A stretch of 36,067 nt of DNA from the NCBI GenBank assembly GCA_007117285.1, contig SKGW01000013.1, forward strand, positions 1 through 36,067, given 5' to 3'. The notes beneath the pieces are model-generated. The model ran no database searches and was not told where the DNA came from. It was given only the letters and a program-made list of their open reading frames with translations. The translations under genes were made by a program, and so were the position numbers. The stretch's first letter is position 1; each line of letters opens with the position of its first letter. Shown one piece after another: positions 1-11,039 of this stretch. The DNA comes from Bacilli bacterium (GTDB lineage: Bacteria > Bacillota_I > Bacilli_A > RF39 > UBA660).

Positions 1-702
1 GATCTTGAAATGATCGATGCGACAGCACAACACTTTATGAACAACGATCCATTTATGGTTTATTACTTAACGATAAGTGGTCACTTAAGACATAATCGAT
101 ATAACTCGATAGCTTTAAAAAATTGGAGCATGGTAAAACACTTAGAATATTCTGATTCAATTAAATATTATATGGCACAACATGTTGAGCTTGATAATGC
201 AATTGGAAACCTAATTAATTATTTAGAAGAAGCCGGCATTGCTGAGGATACAGTAATTGCTATCAGCTCCGACCACTGGCCATACGGCCTAACGCCAGAA
301 GAACTGAATGAAAAATCAAACTTTGAGAGAAATGATTTCTTTGATCGAGATAAACTCCCATTTATGATATGGCATAAGGGAATTGAAGGAGAGCAAGTAA
401 ATAAATTATCTAGTAGTTTAGATATAATGCCGACACTATCAAATTTGTTTGGACTTGAATATGATTCAAGATTAATGGTGGGAAAAGATATTTTTTCTGA
501 CTCGGACCCGCTTGTTATATTTTCTAATAGAAGTTGGATAACAGAAAAAGGAAAATACAATAATGAAACAAATGAGTTCTTTCCGCAAGAAGCAGTGGAA
601 GAAGAATACATTGAAAACATGAAAAAAATAGTTTTTAACAAATTTGAGGTTTCATCAAGGGTGTTAGATTTAGATTATTACAGGACAGTTTTAGGGCGTT
701 AA
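1..702 (+). CDS. LTA-synthase / sulfatase-family transferase, C-terminal part (5' end lies off-window)
   Basis: The frame is open from base 1 (DLEMIDAT...) to the stop at 700-702. It contains a sulfatase-fold core motif (IAISSDHWPYG) followed by an LtaS-like extracellular C-terminal region. Confidence 0.55.
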   Translation, partial: DLEMIDATAQHFMNNDPFMVYYLTISGHLRHNRYNSIALKNWSMVKHLEYSDSIKYYMAQHVELDNAIGNLINYLEEAGIAEDTVIAISSDHWPYGLTPEELNEKSNFERNDFFDRDKLPFMIWHKGIEGEQVNKLSSSLDIMPTLSNLFGLEYDSRLMVGKDIFSDSDPLVIFSNRSWITEKGKYNNETNEFFPQEAVEEEYIENMKKIVFNKFEVSSRVLDLDYYRTVLGR

Positions 703-764
703 AGCGCTCTTTTTCTTTTTAAAATAAAGAAATCAATTAAATTTCAAAAAAAACCTAAAAAGTG

Positions 765-793
765 TTGTAATTTACTACAAATATGTGTATAAT
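765..793 (+). promoter_or_regulatory. Sigma-A type promoter of the S10 operon
   Basis: TTGTAA (765-770), a 17-nt spacer, then TATAAT (788-793). It lies about 130 nt upstream of the rpsJ start. Confidence 0.45.
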
Positions 794-924
794 TATTTAT
801 TGTGTAGATGCAATGATGTGCGAGGTTGTCGAAACGCCAGGAGGAGTTGTTCAAAACTCTAAAGGTTTATCGGGTTTTTGCGCGGAGCAAGTCTGTACAT
901 GATATAGACGAAGGGAGGATAAAG

Positions 925-1233
925 ATGTCAAACAAGAAAGTTCGTGTAAAATTGAAAGCTTTTGAACACAAAAGTTTAGATACAGCTTGTGCGAAAATTA
1001 TCACAACTGTAAAAAGAACTGGAGGGGAAATTAGTGGTCCAGTACCGCTACCGACAGAGATTGAAAAAATCACGATTTTAAGAGCTGTTCACAAATACAA
1101 AGATTCACGTGAGCAATTTGAAAAAAGAACACACAAAAGATTAATTGATATCACTAATCCAAGCAAGGAAACTATTGAGGCATTAACTCATTTAGATATT
1201 CCAAGCGGAGTAGACATAAAAATCAAATTATAG
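925..1233 (+). CDS. rpsJ: 30S ribosomal protein S10
   Basis: A GGGAGG RBS precedes ATG 925, and [19 protein letters not shown] matches the S10 N-terminus. The ORF-track start at 826 is an upstream in-frame extension. Confidence 0.96.
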   Translation: MSNKKVRVKLKAFEHKSLDTACAKIITTVKRTGGEISGPVPLPTEIEKITILRAVHKYKDSREQFEKRTHKRLIDITNPSKETIEALTHLDIPSGVDIKIKL

Positions 1234-1242
1234 GAGGAAAGT

Positions 1243-2067
1243 ATGAAAAAAGGAATCTTAGGAAAAAAACTTGGGATGACTCAAGTATTCACTAAAACTG
1301 GTCAGTTGATTCCGGTTACTGTAATTGAAGTTGAGCCAAACGTTATTACACAGATTAAAACTGTTGATACAGATGGATACGACGCTATTCAATTAGGTTT
1401 TGATACTAAAAGAGAAAAACTAGTAAACAAACCTTCAATCGGACATACGACTAAAGCCAATACAACACCTAAGCGCTTCTTTAGAGAAATCAGGGGTGTT
1501 GATCCAAGCGCGTATACACTTGGACAAACAATAACAGTTGAAATATTTCAAGAAGGAGAAGTTATTGATGTAACTGGAACAAGTAAAGGTAAAGGTTTCC
1601 AAGGAAGCATTAAAAGACATAATTTCTCACGTGGGCCAATGACTCACGGTTCACATTATCATAGAAAATCAGGTTCAATGGGATCTATGAGACCAATGCG
1701 TGTTTTCAAAGGTAAAAAATTACCTGGACACATGGGAGTTGAAAGAGTTACTATTCAAAACTTAGAAATAGTAATGGTTGACGTTGAAAATAATGTTTTA
1801 TTAGTTAAAGGTAATGTACCTGGACCTAAAAAAGGTTCAGTTCTTATTAGAACAGCCGTTAAAAATCCAGGAAAGATTAATGAATTTGACGGATTAAACA
1901 TTTATGAAACAGAAGCAGTAAACATTGAAAAAACACCAGAAGTTGTAGTTGAGACACAAGAAGAGCTAACTGAAAATACAGTTGAAACTCCAGAAGTGGC
2001 AGTTGAAGATACAGTTGAAACACCTGAGGATGCAGTTGAAACTGATAAGCAGCAAGGAGGGTTATAA
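1243..2067 (+). CDS. rplC: 50S ribosomal protein L3 with a roughly 60-aa acidic C-terminal extension
   Basis: [16 protein letters not shown] and GKGFQG motifs, in the position after rpsJ. At 274 aa it is longer than the roughly 210 aa typical of L3. Confidence 0.96.
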   Translation: MKKGILGKKLGMTQVFTKTGQLIPVTVIEVEPNVITQIKTVDTDGYDAIQLGFDTKREKLVNKPSIGHTTKANTTPKRFFREIRGVDPSAYTLGQTITVEIFQEGEVIDVTGTSKGKGFQGSIKRHNFSRGPMTHGSHYHRKSGSMGSMRPMRVFKGKKLPGHMGVERVTIQNLEIVMVDVENNVLLVKGNVPGPKKGSVLIRTAVKNPGKINEFDGLNIYETEAVNIEKTPEVVVETQEELTENTVETPEVAVEDTVETPEDAVETDKQQGGL

Positions 2068-2690
2068 TGAAAAAAATGAAAATAATTAACCTAAATGGTG
2101 AAGAAAAAAAAGATTTAACATTATCAAAAGATATATGGGGAATCGAACCTAATGACGCTGTTTTGTATGATGCATTAACATTAACAAACAACTCACTTAG
2201 ACAAGGTACACATTCAACTAAAACTCGTGCAGAAGTACGTGGTGGAGGAAAGAAACCTTGGAGACAAAAAGGTACAGGTAGAGCAAGGCAAGGAACAATC
2301 CGTGCACCTCACTGGCCAGGCGGAGGTATTGCCTTCGGACCTAAACCAAGAGATTATGATAAAAAAATGAACAGAAAAGAAAGACGTTTAGCTCTTAAGT
2401 CAGCTTTAGCATATAAAGTGATTAACGAAGAGTTAATAGTTATAGAAAACTTTGATGTTCAATCATTAAAAACAAAAGATATGAAGAAATTGTTAGAAGA
2501 TATAAAAGCAGTAGGAAAAGTTCTTATTGTGGTAGAAGAGTTAACAGATAACTTAATCTTAAGTACCAGAAACTTAGATAACGTAAACTTATTACAAGCT
2601 AGCGAAATTAACACATATGATGTAATTAACTGTAACAAAATGGTTATAACAGAAAACGCTGTAAAAACACTAGAGGAGGTGCTTGTTTAA
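2067..2690 (+). CDS. rplD: 50S ribosomal protein L4
   Basis: [21 protein letters not shown] motif. Its start overlaps the rplC stop in a TAATG junction. Confidence 0.96.
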   Translation: MKKMKIINLNGEEKKDLTLSKDIWGIEPNDAVLYDALTLTNNSLRQGTHSTKTRAEVRGGGKKPWRQKGTGRARQGTIRAPHWPGGGIAFGPKPRDYDKKMNRKERRLALKSALAYKVINEELIVIENFDVQSLKTKDMKKLLEDIKAVGKVLIVVEELTDNLILSTRNLDNVNLLQASEINTYDVINCNKMVITENAVKTLEEVLV

Positions 2691-2965
2691 TGGAAAACTA
2701 TAGAGACGTTATAAAAGCACCAATTATTAGCGAAAAAACAGCAACGTTACAACAAGAAAATAAATATGTTTTCAGCGTTGATATTCGTTCTAATAAAGTG
2801 CAAATAAAGCAAGCTATTGAAGCAATTTTTGGTGTAAAAGTTGAAAGCGTTAATATTATTAACGTAAAACCAAAAACAAAAAGAGTTGGTCGTTATTATG
2901 GTACAAGAAATAAAGTTAAAAAGGCTATTGTTACTCTTAAAGAAGGAAATTCAATAGAATTTTAA
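2690..2965 (+). CDS. rplW: 50S ribosomal protein L23
   Basis: 91 aa, located between rplD and rplB. It has an L23-like sequence (APIISEKT...[10 protein letters not shown]). Confidence 0.95.
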   Translation: MENYRDVIKAPIISEKTATLQQENKYVFSVDIRSNKVQIKQAIEAIFGVKVESVNIINVKPKTKRVGRYYGTRNKVKKAIVTLKEGNSIEF

Positions 2966-2976
2966 GGAGGTAAAGT

Positions 2977-3807
2977 ATGGCAATTAAAACTTACAGACCA
3001 ATGACAAACGGTACCAGAAATAAGTCAACACTAATAAATAGCGAAATAACAAAAACAACACCTGAAAAATCATTAGTAGTTACTTTGAAAAAATCAGGTG
3101 GAAGAAATAACCAAGGTAAAATTACATTAAGACATCGTGGTGGTGGAGCAAAAAGAAAATACAGAATTATCGATTTCAAAAGAAATAAAGATGAGGTTAT
3201 TGGAACAGTTGCTTCAATTGAGTACGATCCAAATCGTACTGCAAATATCGCTTTAATAAATTATGCAGATGGTGAGAAAAGATACATTTTAGCACCAAAC
3301 AAATTAAAAGTTGGCGATAAAATCGTTAGCGGAGAAAACGTTGACATACAAGTTGGTAATGCTGCACCTATTAAAAATATGCCAGAAGGTACAATGGTTC
3401 ACAATGTTGAACTAAGACCAGGTAAAGGTGGAGAATTAGCTCGTTCAGCGGGCGCATCAGTTCAAATACTAGGAATCGAAGGAAATTACGTTCTTATTAA
3501 ATTAAGAAGTGGCGAAGTTCGAAAAGTATTAGGAACTTGTAGAGCGACAATTGGAGAAGTTGGAAACAAAGATAGCGAACTTGTTAGATTAGGTAAAGCA
3601 GGAAGAAAAAGACACATGGGAATCAAACCTACAGTTCGTGGTTCGGTTATGAATCCAAATGATCACCCACATGGTGGTGGAGAAGGTAAAGCACCTATTG
3701 GTAGAAAAGCACCAGTAACACCTTGGGGTAAACCAGCATTAGGACTTAAAACAAGAAATAAGAAAAAGGCGTCAAGTAACTTAATCGTTCGTCGTCGTAA
3801 AAAATAA
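2977..3807 (+). CDS. rplB: 50S ribosomal protein L2
   Basis: [15 protein letters not shown]-terminus and the HPHGGGEGK motif. Confidence 0.97.
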   Translation: MAIKTYRPMTNGTRNKSTLINSEITKTTPEKSLVVTLKKSGGRNNQGKITLRHRGGGAKRKYRIIDFKRNKDEVIGTVASIEYDPNRTANIALINYADGEKRYILAPNKLKVGDKIVSGENVDIQVGNAAPIKNMPEGTMVHNVELRPGKGGELARSAGASVQILGIEGNYVLIKLRSGEVRKVLGTCRATIGEVGNKDSELVRLGKAGRKRHMGIKPTVRGSVMNPNDHPHGGGEGKAPIGRKAPVTPWGKPALGLKTRNKKKASSNLIVRRRKK

Positions 3808-3823
3808 AAGAAAGGATGGAAAT

Positions 3824-4087
3824 ATGAGTAGAAGTTTAAAAAAAGGAGCTTTCATAGATGAGAGCCTAGCCAAAAAGGTTGAAACAGTTAAAGCTTCAGG
3901 AAAAAAAGAAGTAATCAAAACTTGGTCACGTCGTTCAACAATCTATCCTGATTTTATTGGACTAACATTTGCTGTTCATAATGGTAAAGAATTTATACCG
4001 GTTTATGTTACAGAAGATATGGTAGGGCATAAATTAGGAGAATTCTCACCAACAAGAAAAGTTGGCAAACATGGTGACAAGAAATAG
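3824..4087 (+). CDS. rpsS: 30S ribosomal protein S19
   Basis: [13 protein letters not shown]-terminus and [11 protein letters not shown] motif. Confidence 0.96.
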   Translation: MSRSLKKGAFIDESLAKKVETVKASGKKEVIKTWSRRSTIYPDFIGLTFAVHNGKEFIPVYVTEDMVGHKLGEFSPTRKVGKHGDKK

Positions 4088-4111
4088 TATTAACTGGGAA
4101 GGAGGACTAAA

Positions 4112-4447
4112 ATGGAAGCAAAAGCGATTGCAAAAACATTAAGAATTGCACCTCGTAAAGCCCGTTTAGTTGTAGATTTAATCCGTGGCAAACACGTTGA
4201 TGAAGCTCAAATGGTATTAAAAGGATTTAGTAATAAAGCATCTGTATTAGTAGAAAAAGTTTTAAACTCAGCTGTGGCTAATGCAGTTAATAATTATGAA
4301 ATGGATAGAGAAAAACTATTTGTTAAGGAAATATATGTGAATGAGGGCCAAACAATGAAAAGAATAAGATTTGGTTCAAGATCAAATATAGATCCAATTA
4401 AAAAAAGAACAAGCCACATTATAGTAGTAGTAAGTGATGAAAATTAA
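4112..4447 (+). CDS. rplV: 50S ribosomal protein L22
   Basis: [25 protein letters not shown] motif and conserved synteny. Confidence 0.96.
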   Translation: MEAKAIAKTLRIAPRKARLVVDLIRGKHVDEAQMVLKGFSNKASVLVEKVLNSAVANAVNNYEMDREKLFVKEIYVNEGQTMKRIRFGSRSNIDPIKKRTSHIIVVVSDEN

Positions 4448-4464
4448 GCAAAGGAGGTATAACG

Positions 4465-5151
4465 ATGGGACAAAAAGTTAGTCCAATAGGACTTAGAATA
4501 GGCATTAATAAAGATTGGGAATCAAAATGGTTTGCTGATAAAAAAGATTTTTCTAAATTTTTGGATAACGATGTAAAAATCAGAAGATATGTTGAAAAAG
4601 CTTTGAAAACAGCTTCAGTTTCTAATATTTTAATTAATAGAACATCGGAAAAAACAGAAGTTATTATCGCAACTTCAAAACCAGGTATCATTATTGGTCA
4701 TGGTGGAGAAGGAATCGAAAAACTTAGAAAAGAACTTAATAAATTAGTAAAAGAAAATATTCAAGTTTCAATTAAAGAAGTTAAAAATCCAGCAATGGAT
4801 GCTGCTTTAGTTGCAGAGGATATTGCAAAACAAATTGAAAATAGAGTTTCATTTAGAATTGCACAAAAAAGAGCGATTAGAAACACTATGAAATCGGGAG
4901 CAAAAGGTATTAAAACTGCGGTTTCAGGACGTTTAGGAGGAGCTGACATGGCTCGTACTGAAGGTTACACTGAAGGAATGATACCGTTACATACACTAAG
5001 AGCAGATGTTGATTACGCTTTAAAAGAAGCAGATACAACATACGGTAAAATTGGTGTAAAAGTTTGGATTTACAAAGGAGAAATCCTTCCCGAGAAAAAA
5101 AACAAGGGAGGTAATTTAGATGGCGTTAATACCAAAGAGAACAAAATATAG
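4465..5151 (+). CDS. rpsC: 30S ribosomal protein S3
   Basis: [14 protein letters not shown]-terminus with a KH domain. Its 3' end overlaps rplP by 32 nt. Confidence 0.96.
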   Translation: MGQKVSPIGLRIGINKDWESKWFADKKDFSKFLDNDVKIRRYVEKALKTASVSNILINRTSEKTEVIIATSKPGIIIGHGGEGIEKLRKELNKLVKENIQVSIKEVKNPAMDAALVAEDIAKQIENRVSFRIAQKRAIRNTMKSGAKGIKTAVSGRLGGADMARTEGYTEGMIPLHTLRADVDYALKEADTTYGKIGVKVWIYKGEILPEKKNKGGNLDGVNTKENKI

Positions 5152-5548
5152 AAAACCTCACCGTATATCTTATGAAGGAAAATCTCGTGGAAATACAGAA
5201 TTACATTTTGGAACATATGGTCTAATGGCTTTAGAAGGAGCTTGGATTACAAACCGCCAAATTGAAGCAGCTCGTATCGCAATGACTCGTTACATGAAAA
5301 GAGGAGGAAAAGTATGGATTAACATATTCCCTCATCTATCTTTAACTAAAATACCTTTAGAAACTCGTATGGGTAAAGGTAAAGGACAACCTGAATCTTG
5401 GGTTGCAGTTGTAAAAGAAGGAAAAATCATGTTTGAAATCGATGGCGTTAGTGAAAAAGTAGCTAGAGAAGCTTTAAGATTAGCGATGCATAAACTTCCT
5501 ATCAAATGTAAATTTGTTATGAAAGAAAGTGGTGAAGCTAATGAATAA
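5120..5548 (+). CDS. rplP: 50S ribosomal protein L16
   Basis: A GGGAGG RBS lies upstream, and the N-terminus is [15 protein letters not shown]. Confidence 0.95.
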   Translation: MALIPKRTKYRKPHRISYEGKSRGNTELHFGTYGLMALEGAWITNRQIEAARIAMTRYMKRGGKVWINIFPHLSLTKIPLETRMGKGKGQPESWVAVVKEGKIMFEIDGVSEKVAREALRLAMHKLPIKCKFVMKESGEANE

Positions 5549-5735
5549 TATAGAAATCAGAAAACTTTCTAATGAAGAAATAACTAAAAAAATTAGTGCG
5601 CACAAAGAAGAATTATTTAACTTACGTTTTAGTCAAGCTACGGGAAATCTAGAAAAACCTTCAAGAATAAAACAACTCAGAAAAGAAGTTGCACGCATGA
5701 AAACAATTTTGCGTGAACGTGAAATGGAAAAATAA
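5541..5735 (+). CDS. rpmC: 50S ribosomal protein L29
   Basis: ATG at 5541 gives [14 protein letters not shown]...[21 protein letters not shown]. The GTG at 5529 is an alternative start. Confidence 0.9.
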   Translation: MNNIEIRKLSNEEITKKISAHKEELFNLRFSQATGNLEKPSRIKQLRKEVARMKTILREREMEK

Positions 5736-5744
5736 GGAGGATTT

Positions 5745-6002
5745 ATGGAAAAGAACACTCGTGAATTAGTAGGAAAAGTAGTAAGTGACAAAACTGATAA
5801 AACAATTACAGTTTTAGTTGAAAGCTACAAAATTGATAGATTGTACAAAAAACGTGTTAAATACTCAAAAAAATATGCGGCTCATGACGAAAACAACCAA
5901 GCGAAAATTGGTGACGTTGTGAAAATCGTTGAAACTAGACCACTATCAAGAACAAAAAGATATCGTTTAGTTGAAATCGTTGAAAGCGCAATTATTTTAT
6001 AA
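5745..6002 (+). CDS. rpsQ: 30S ribosomal protein S17
   Basis: 85 aa, with [15 protein letters not shown] and [14 protein letters not shown] motifs. Confidence 0.95.
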   Translation: MEKNTRELVGKVVSDKTDKTITVLVESYKIDRLYKKRVKYSKKYAAHDENNQAKIGDVVKIVETRPLSRTKRYRLVEIVESAIIL

Positions 6003-6021
6003 TTGATAAGGAGGAATCAAA

Positions 6022-6390
6022 ATGATACAACAAGAAAGTCGTTTAAAAGTAGCTGATAACTCTGGTGCGAGAGAATTGTTAGTTATTAGAGTCCTTGGCG
6101 GAAGCAAAGTTAAGTCTGGCGGCATTGGAGACATTGTTGTTGGAACAGTTAAAAAAGCAACTCCTAATGGAGCTTTGAAAAAAGGAAAAGTAGTAAAAGC
6201 AGTAGTCGTAAGAACAAAATCAGGTCTTGGACGTGAAGATGGGTCATACATAAAATTTGATGACAATGCATGTGTTTTAATTAAAGAGGACAAAAGTCCA
6301 GTTGGAACACGTATTTTCGGTCCAGTGGCAAGAGAACTACGCGACAAAAAATATATGAAAATAATATCACTTGCAAAAGAAGTGTTATAG
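6022..6390 (+). CDS. rplN: 50S ribosomal protein L14
   Basis: [17 protein letters not shown]-terminus. Confidence 0.97.
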   Translation: MIQQESRLKVADNSGARELLVIRVLGGSKVKSGGIGDIVVGTVKKATPNGALKKGKVVKAVVVRTKSGLGREDGSYIKFDDNACVLIKEDKSPVGTRIFGPVARELRDKKYMKIISLAKEVL

Positions 6391-6405
6391 TTTGGAGGAA
6401 AAATT

Positions 6406-6714
6406 ATGAACTTTAAAACTGGTGACAAAGTTATCGTTATAGCTGGTAAAGAAAAAGGAAAAGAAGGAAAAATAACTAAACTTCTTAAATCTGAAAACAA
6501 AGTTATAATCGAAAATATTAACTTAATGAAAAAACACCAAAAATCGAATGGTCAAACACCTGGAAGTATTGTTGAAATAGAATCTCCGATGGATGCATCA
6601 AATGTAATGATTTTAGATCCTTCAACAAAAACAAGAACAAGAGTTGGACATTCAACTGATAAAAATGGAAAAAAAATAAGAGTTAGTAAAAAGTCTAACA
6701 AATCTATTGATTAA
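6406..6714 (+). CDS. rplX: 50S ribosomal protein L24
   Basis: KOW motif GDKVIVIAGKEKGKEG and conserved synteny. Confidence 0.95.
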   Translation: MNFKTGDKVIVIAGKEKGKEGKITKLLKSENKVIIENINLMKKHQKSNGQTPGSIVEIESPMDASNVMILDPSTKTRTRVGHSTDKNGKKIRVSKKSNKSID

Positions 6715-6730
6715 TTGAAAGGAGGATATT

Positions 6731-7270
6731 ATGAATCGCCTAAAAGAAAAATACAATAAAGAAATAGTTCCAGAGCTAATTAAAAAATATAACTATAAAT
6801 CAAAAATGGAAGCACCAAAAATTGAAAAAATAGTTTTAAACATTGGCGTTGGGGATGCAACAACAAATACAAAACTTTTAGATGCTGCAGTTGCTGATTT
6901 AACAGCAATTACTGGTCAAAAACCAGTAGTTACAAAAGCTAAAAAAGCTATCGCAGGATTTAAATTAAGAGAAGATCAGGCAATTGGGTGCAAAGTTACA
7001 CTAAGAGGTGAAAATATGTATAACTTCTTAGATAAACTAGTAAGTATCACTCTACCTCGTGTTCGTGACTTCCGTGGTATTTCGCCAAAAGCGTTTGATG
7101 GACGTGGAAATTATACACTAGGACTTACCGAGCAATTGATTTTTTCAGAAATAGAATACGATAATGTAGTTAAAGTTCGAGGAATGGATATCGTTTTCGT
7201 TACAACAGCGAATACAAACGATGAAGCCTTCGATCTCTTAAAAGGCTTCGGTATGCCGTTTAAGAAATAA
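6731..7270 (+). CDS. rplE: 50S ribosomal protein L5
   Basis: [17 protein letters not shown]-terminus and PRVRDFRG motif. Confidence 0.96.
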   Translation: MNRLKEKYNKEIVPELIKKYNYKSKMEAPKIEKIVLNIGVGDATTNTKLLDAAVADLTAITGQKPVVTKAKKAIAGFKLREDQAIGCKVTLRGENMYNFLDKLVSITLPRVRDFRGISPKAFDGRGNYTLGLTEQLIFSEIEYDNVVKVRGMDIVFVTTANTNDEAFDLLKGFGMPFKK

Positions 7271-7288
7271 CTCTAAAAAGGAGGAAAT

Positions 7289-7474
7289 ATGGCAAAAACA
7301 AGTAAAGTAGTAAGCGCAAGCAGAAAACCGAAATTTCAAGTTAGAGAATATACACGTTGTAATAGATGTGGAAGACCGCATTCGGTATTGAAAAAATACG
7401 GAATCTGTCGTATATGCTTTAGAGAACTAGCTTATAAAGGACAAATACCAGGTGTAAAAAAATCAAGCTGGTAA
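7289..7474 (+). CDS. rpsN: 30S ribosomal protein S14, short zinc-ribbon (type Z) form
   Basis: 61 aa with a CNRC...CRIC Cys4 arrangement, located between rplE and rpsH. Confidence 0.95.
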   Translation: MAKTSKVVSASRKPKFQVREYTRCNRCGRPHSVLKKYGICRICFRELAYKGQIPGVKKSSW

Positions 7475-7490
7475 GAAGGGAGGATAAATT

Positions 7491-7886
7491 ATGGTAAATG
7501 ATCCAATTGCAGATATGCTTACGAGAATTCGTAATGCAAATCAAATGCGATATAAAGAAGTAGAAGTACCCGCTTCTAAAACAAAAGAAGAATTAGCAAA
7601 AATCTTGATGGCAGAAGGATTTGTTAGCAATTATGTTGTTAATAAAAAAGATGTTCAAGATGTTATCGTTTTATCTTTAAAATATGGAGATAAAAAAGAG
7701 AGAGTAATCAAAGGTTTAAAAAGAATTTCAAAGCCAGGCTTGAGAGTTTATGCGAAATCACATGAAATACCTAAAGTATTAAATGGTTTAGGTATAGCAG
7801 TTATCTCGACATCAAAAGGTCTTATGACTGACAAACAAGCAAGAGAAGAAAATGTTGGTGGAGAGGTTCTAGCATACATTTGGTAG
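7491..7886 (+). CDS. rpsH: 30S ribosomal protein S8
   Basis: [13 protein letters not shown] motif. Confidence 0.96.
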   Translation: MVNDPIADMLTRIRNANQMRYKEVEVPASKTKEELAKILMAEGFVSNYVVNKKDVQDVIVLSLKYGDKKERVIKGLKRISKPGLRVYAKSHEIPKVLNGLGIAVISTSKGLMTDKQAREENVGGEVLAYIW

Positions 7887-7905
7887 AAAGTAAGGAGGAG
7901 TATTT

Positions 7906-8439
7906 ATGAGTCGTATTGGTAATAGAGTATTAACAATACCAGAAAATGTTACAGTATCAGTTGATGATCAGACAGTAAATGTAAAAGGTCCTAAGGGTGA
8001 ACTTTCTACAAAAATAGATCGAAACATAACTGTATCAATCGAAGGTAATGAGTTAAAAGTTGAAAGAAAAAACGACAAATACAAGCAATTTCATGGAACT
8101 GCTAATGCTAATATTAATAACATGCTTATTGGTGTTACAGAAGGATTTTCAAAAACCCTAGATATGGTAGGTGTAGGTTATAGATTTACACTAAAAGGAA
8201 ATAAACTAGCAATAGCTGCTGGATTTTCACATCCAATGGAAATGGAAATACCTGCAGGATTAACAGTTGAAGTTCCTACAAACACGCAAGTGATTATCAA
8301 AGGTTTTGACAAGTACTTAGTAGGTGAATTTGCTGCTAACGTTAGAAAAACTAGAAAACCAGAACCTTATAAAGGTAAAGGTATTAGATATAGCGACGAA
8401 CGTGTTATTCGAAAAGTAGGTAAAAAAGCTGCTAAATAG
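7906..8439 (+). CDS. rplF: 50S ribosomal protein L6
   Basis: [16 protein letters not shown]-terminus and conserved synteny. Confidence 0.96.
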   Translation: MSRIGNRVLTIPENVTVSVDDQTVNVKGPKGELSTKIDRNITVSIEGNELKVERKNDKYKQFHGTANANINNMLIGVTEGFSKTLDMVGVGYRFTLKGNKLAIAAGFSHPMEMEIPAGLTVEVPTNTQVIIKGFDKYLVGEFAANVRKTRKPEPYKGKGIRYSDERVIRKVGKKAAK

Positions 8440-8456
8440 GAAAGGGAGAGTATTTT

Positions 8457-8819
8457 ATGATTAAGAAAGCAAATCGCAATGAAGAGCGTAAAAAAAGACA
8501 TAATCGTGTTAAAGGCAAAGTACAAGGAACAAGTGAAATACCTCGTTTAAATGTATTTAGATCGAATAGCAATATTTTTGCGCAAATTATCGATGATGAA
8601 AAAGCCGTTACTATAGTTAGTGCATCTTCAATTGACAAGGATTTAAAACTTGAAAATGGAAAAACAGTTGAATCAGCAACAAAAGTTGGAGAATTACTAG
8701 CAAAACGAGCTAAAGAAGCAAAAATCAAAAAAGTAAAATTTGATAGAGGTGGATACCTATATCATGGACGCGTAAAAGCATTAGCTGATGCTGCACGTCA
8801 AAATGGATTAGATTTCTAA
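8457..8819 (+). CDS. rplR: 50S ribosomal protein L18
   Basis: 120 aa, with [18 protein letters not shown] and [20 protein letters not shown] motifs. Confidence 0.96.
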   Translation: MIKKANRNEERKKRHNRVKGKVQGTSEIPRLNVFRSNSNIFAQIIDDEKAVTIVSASSIDKDLKLENGKTVESATKVGELLAKRAKEAKIKKVKFDRGGYLYHGRVKALADAARQNGLDF

Positions 8820-8831
8820 GGAGGGTTAAGA

Positions 8832-9341
8832 ATGGAACAAAAAAGAAATTTTAGAGAACCCCGTGCAAAAGCATATGATTCAGAAGTCATTAATATCAGC
8901 CGTGTTACAAAAGTAACAAAGGGTGGTAGAAATTTCCGTTTTTCAGCAGTAGTAGCTGTTGGCGATAGAAAAGGAAATGTAGGACTTGCAACGGGAAAAG
9001 CAAACGAAGTCCCAGATGCAATTAAAAAAGCAGAAAGCCTTGCTGCAAAAAGTATGGTTAAAATTTCACTTGTTGAAAATAGAACTATACCTCACGATGC
9101 TACAGGCGTAGCTGGTGGAAGTAAAGTTTTAATTAAACCAGCAAAAAGAGGTACAGGTGTTAAAGCTGGAGGACCAGTTCGTGCTGTTCTAGAACTAGCA
9201 GGAGTAAAAGACATCTTATCAAAATCACTTGGTTCAAACACGAAAATTAATATAGCAAAAGCAACTCTTGAAGCATTAAAATCACAAAGAACTATTGAAG
9301 AAATAGCAAAACTTCGTGGTAAAAGCGTGGAGGAAATTTAG
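8832..9341 (+). CDS. rpsE: 30S ribosomal protein S5
   Basis: [21 protein letters not shown] motif. Confidence 0.96.
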   Translation: MEQKRNFREPRAKAYDSEVINISRVTKVTKGGRNFRFSAVVAVGDRKGNVGLATGKANEVPDAIKKAESLAAKSMVKISLVENRTIPHDATGVAGGSKVLIKPAKRGTGVKAGGPVRAVLELAGVKDILSKSLGSNTKINIAKATLEALKSQRTIEEIAKLRGKSVEEI

Positions 9342-9342
9342 T

Positions 9343-9786
9343 ATGAAATTACATAATTTAAAGCCATCAGATGGTGCAACAAAAACAAGAAAAAGAGTTG
9401 GTAGAGGTCCAGGAAGCGGAACTGGTAAAACTAGTGGCCGTGGAGAAAAAGGACAGAACGCTAGAAGTGGTGGAGGAGTAAGACCAATTTTCGAAGGTGG
9501 TCAAACGCCATTATTTAGAACAATTCCAAAAAGAGGATTCACTAACGCTAGGTTCAAAAAAGAATTTGCTATTATTAATGTAAGTGATTTAAATAAATTT
9601 GAAGATGGTTCAGTTGTAACACTAGAACTATTAAAAGAAATGGGACTAATTAAAAAAGAATTATCAGGGTTGAAAGTTTTAGGAAACGGAGATTTTGATA
9701 AGAAAATAACGGTTAAAGTTAGTAAGATATCTGAAACTGCAAGAGAAAAAATTGAAAAATCAGGTGGAAAAGTAGAGGTGATTTAA
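9343..9786 (+). CDS. rplO: 50S ribosomal protein L15
   Basis: ATG 9343 lies 1 nt after the rpsE stop and gives [26 protein letters not shown]. The ORF-track start at 9316 is an in-frame extension inside rpsE. Confidence 0.94.
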   Translation: MKLHNLKPSDGATKTRKRVGRGPGSGTGKTSGRGEKGQNARSGGGVRPIFEGGQTPLFRTIPKRGFTNARFKKEFAIINVSDLNKFEDGSVVTLELLKEMGLIKKELSGLKVLGNGDFDKKITVKVSKISETAREKIEKSGGKVEVI

Positions 9787-11039
9787 TGTTCGCCAAGTTT
9801 AAACAGATTCTAAGTCCAAAAAACAAAGGATTACAAAAGAGAATTTTGTTCACCCTAGGTGTATTATTCATTTTCAAAATCGGAACAGCAATAGTTGTTC
9901 CGGGAGTAGATAGAGCTGCTTTACAAACAGATAGTTTAGGATTTTTACAACTAGTCAACATCATGGGTGGTGGAGCACTACAGCAATTTTCAATATTTGC
10001 CTTAGGTGTTATGCCATACATTACAGCATCAATTGTTATTCAATTAGCACAAATGGATATTGTGCCCTATCTAGCAGAACTATCAAAAGAAGGTCATATA
10101 GGTAGACAAAAAATAAATAAAATAACTAGAATTTTAGGAATCTCAGTAGCATTTGTTCAAGGTTACTTGATGTCATTTGCATTCATTCAAGGCGGAACCG
10201 TTTTAGAATATATGCAATTTGCAACTGTTTTAACAGCAGGTACTGCATTGCTACTATGGATGGGAGACCGAATCACTGCAAAAGGTATTGGTAACGGTAT
10301 ATCGCTTATAATTATGGCGGGTATTATCGCAAGTATGCCAGTAATGTTTGCAAGTGCTTGGGAAACATTAGTTGATAGCGGATTAGGAATTCTATTATTT
10401 ATTGCATTTGTTGCAATATATTTAGCAATCATAATCGGCGTAATATTTGTTGAAACAGCATCAAGAAGAGTGCCAATTCAATATGCAAATAAATCAACAA
10501 GTTTTTCAGGAAATAACTATATACCTTTCAAACTAAATTCAGCAGGTGTTATTCCAGTAATATTTGCATCAACATTATTATCGATTCCAGCATTTGTTGT
10601 TCAAGTAGTCAAAAATGAATCGGTTGTTAATTTTGTTCAAAAATATTTATCAATGGAATCAGGAACAGGCTTTTTGCTTTATATCTCAATGATTATAGCA
10701 TTTACTTATTTCTATACACACTTGCAGATGAAGCCTAAAGAAATGGCAGAAAATTTGCAAAAAAATGGTGGATATATACCAGGTGTAAGACCTGGTAAAG
10801 AAACAATAGAGTATGTAAAATACATATTAAACCATTTAACATTAGTTGGAGCAATGTTCTTAGCATTTATTGCCGGACTTCCAATAATATTTGCAGTAAT
10901 TACAGGTTTGCCATCAAACGTTTCAATTGGAGGAACTGGACTACTTATCGTTGTCGGTGTTGCTCTTGAAACTTATAAAAAAATCGATAGCGAGTTAACA
11001 AGCGCTACTTACGAAGGCAGAAGAGGTCGTAGAAGATGA
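9786..11039 (+). CDS. secY: Preprotein translocase subunit SecY
   Basis: 417 aa with about 10 TM segments. It has an LFIFKIGTAIVVPGVD N-terminus and GIGNGISLIIMAGI motif, and follows rplO. Confidence 0.96.
   Translation: MFAKFKQILSPKNKGLQKRILFTLGVLFIFKIGTAIVVPGVDRAALQTDSLGFLQLVNIMGGGALQQFSIFALGVMPYITASIVIQLAQMDIVPYLAELSKEGHIGRQKINKITRILGISVAFVQGYLMSFAFIQGGTVLEYMQFATVLTAGTALLLWMGDRITAKGIGNGISLIIMAGIIASMPVMFASAWETLVDSGLGILLFIAFVAIYLAIIIGVIFVETASRRVPIQYANKSTSFSGNNYIPFKLNSAGVIPVIFASTLLSIPAFVVQVVKNESVVNFVQKYLSMESGTGFLLYISMIIAFTYFYTHLQMKPKEMAENLQKNGGYIPGVRPGKETIEYVKYILNHLTLVGAMFLAFIAGLPIIFAVITGLPSNVSIGGTGLLIVVGVALETYKKIDSELTSATYEGRRGRRR

Noticed and set aside
826-924. N-terminal extensions suggested by the ORF track for rpsJ (826), rpmC (5529), rplO (9316), rpoA (13533), pilins 1 and 2 (24628, 25239), ligA (26401) and gpsA (19198).
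   Set aside because: In each case an internal start codon with a proper Shine-Dalgarno sequence reproduces the conserved protein N-terminus. The upstream part either overlaps the preceding gene or is promoter/UTR sequence.
794-924. A possible structured autoregulatory leader RNA upstream of rpsJ.
   Set aside because: The ~130-nt leader holds only short candidate hairpins, such as GAGTT-GTTCAA-AACTC. I cannot match it to a known r-protein leader motif by eye, so the evidence is too weak to call a feature.
5120-5151. The 32-nt overlap of rpsC and rplP as a possible frameshift or misassembly.
   Set aside because: Both proteins are full length with conserved termini, and rplP has its own strong GGGAGG RBS. 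The overlap is explained by a short C-terminal extension of S3.
5997-6500. Long antisense ORFs opposite conserved genes. Examples are 5997-6500(-), 8432-8728(-), 14159-14853(-), 16622-17196(-), the plus-strand ORFs at 23084-24592 opposite the DUF1538-like gene, and 28853-29260(-).
   Set aside because: They lie entirely within well-supported genes on the other strand and have low-complexity, Leu/Ser/Phe-rich translations with no RBS. They are typical shadow ORFs of an AT-rich genome.
11036-11039. Possible genetic code 4 (TGA read as Trp), given the Mollicutes-like features.
   Set aside because: TGA terminates secY, lgt, dnaB and the M23 peptidase exactly at conserved protein ends and at ATGA or start-overlap junctions. 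All conserved genes are intact under code 11.
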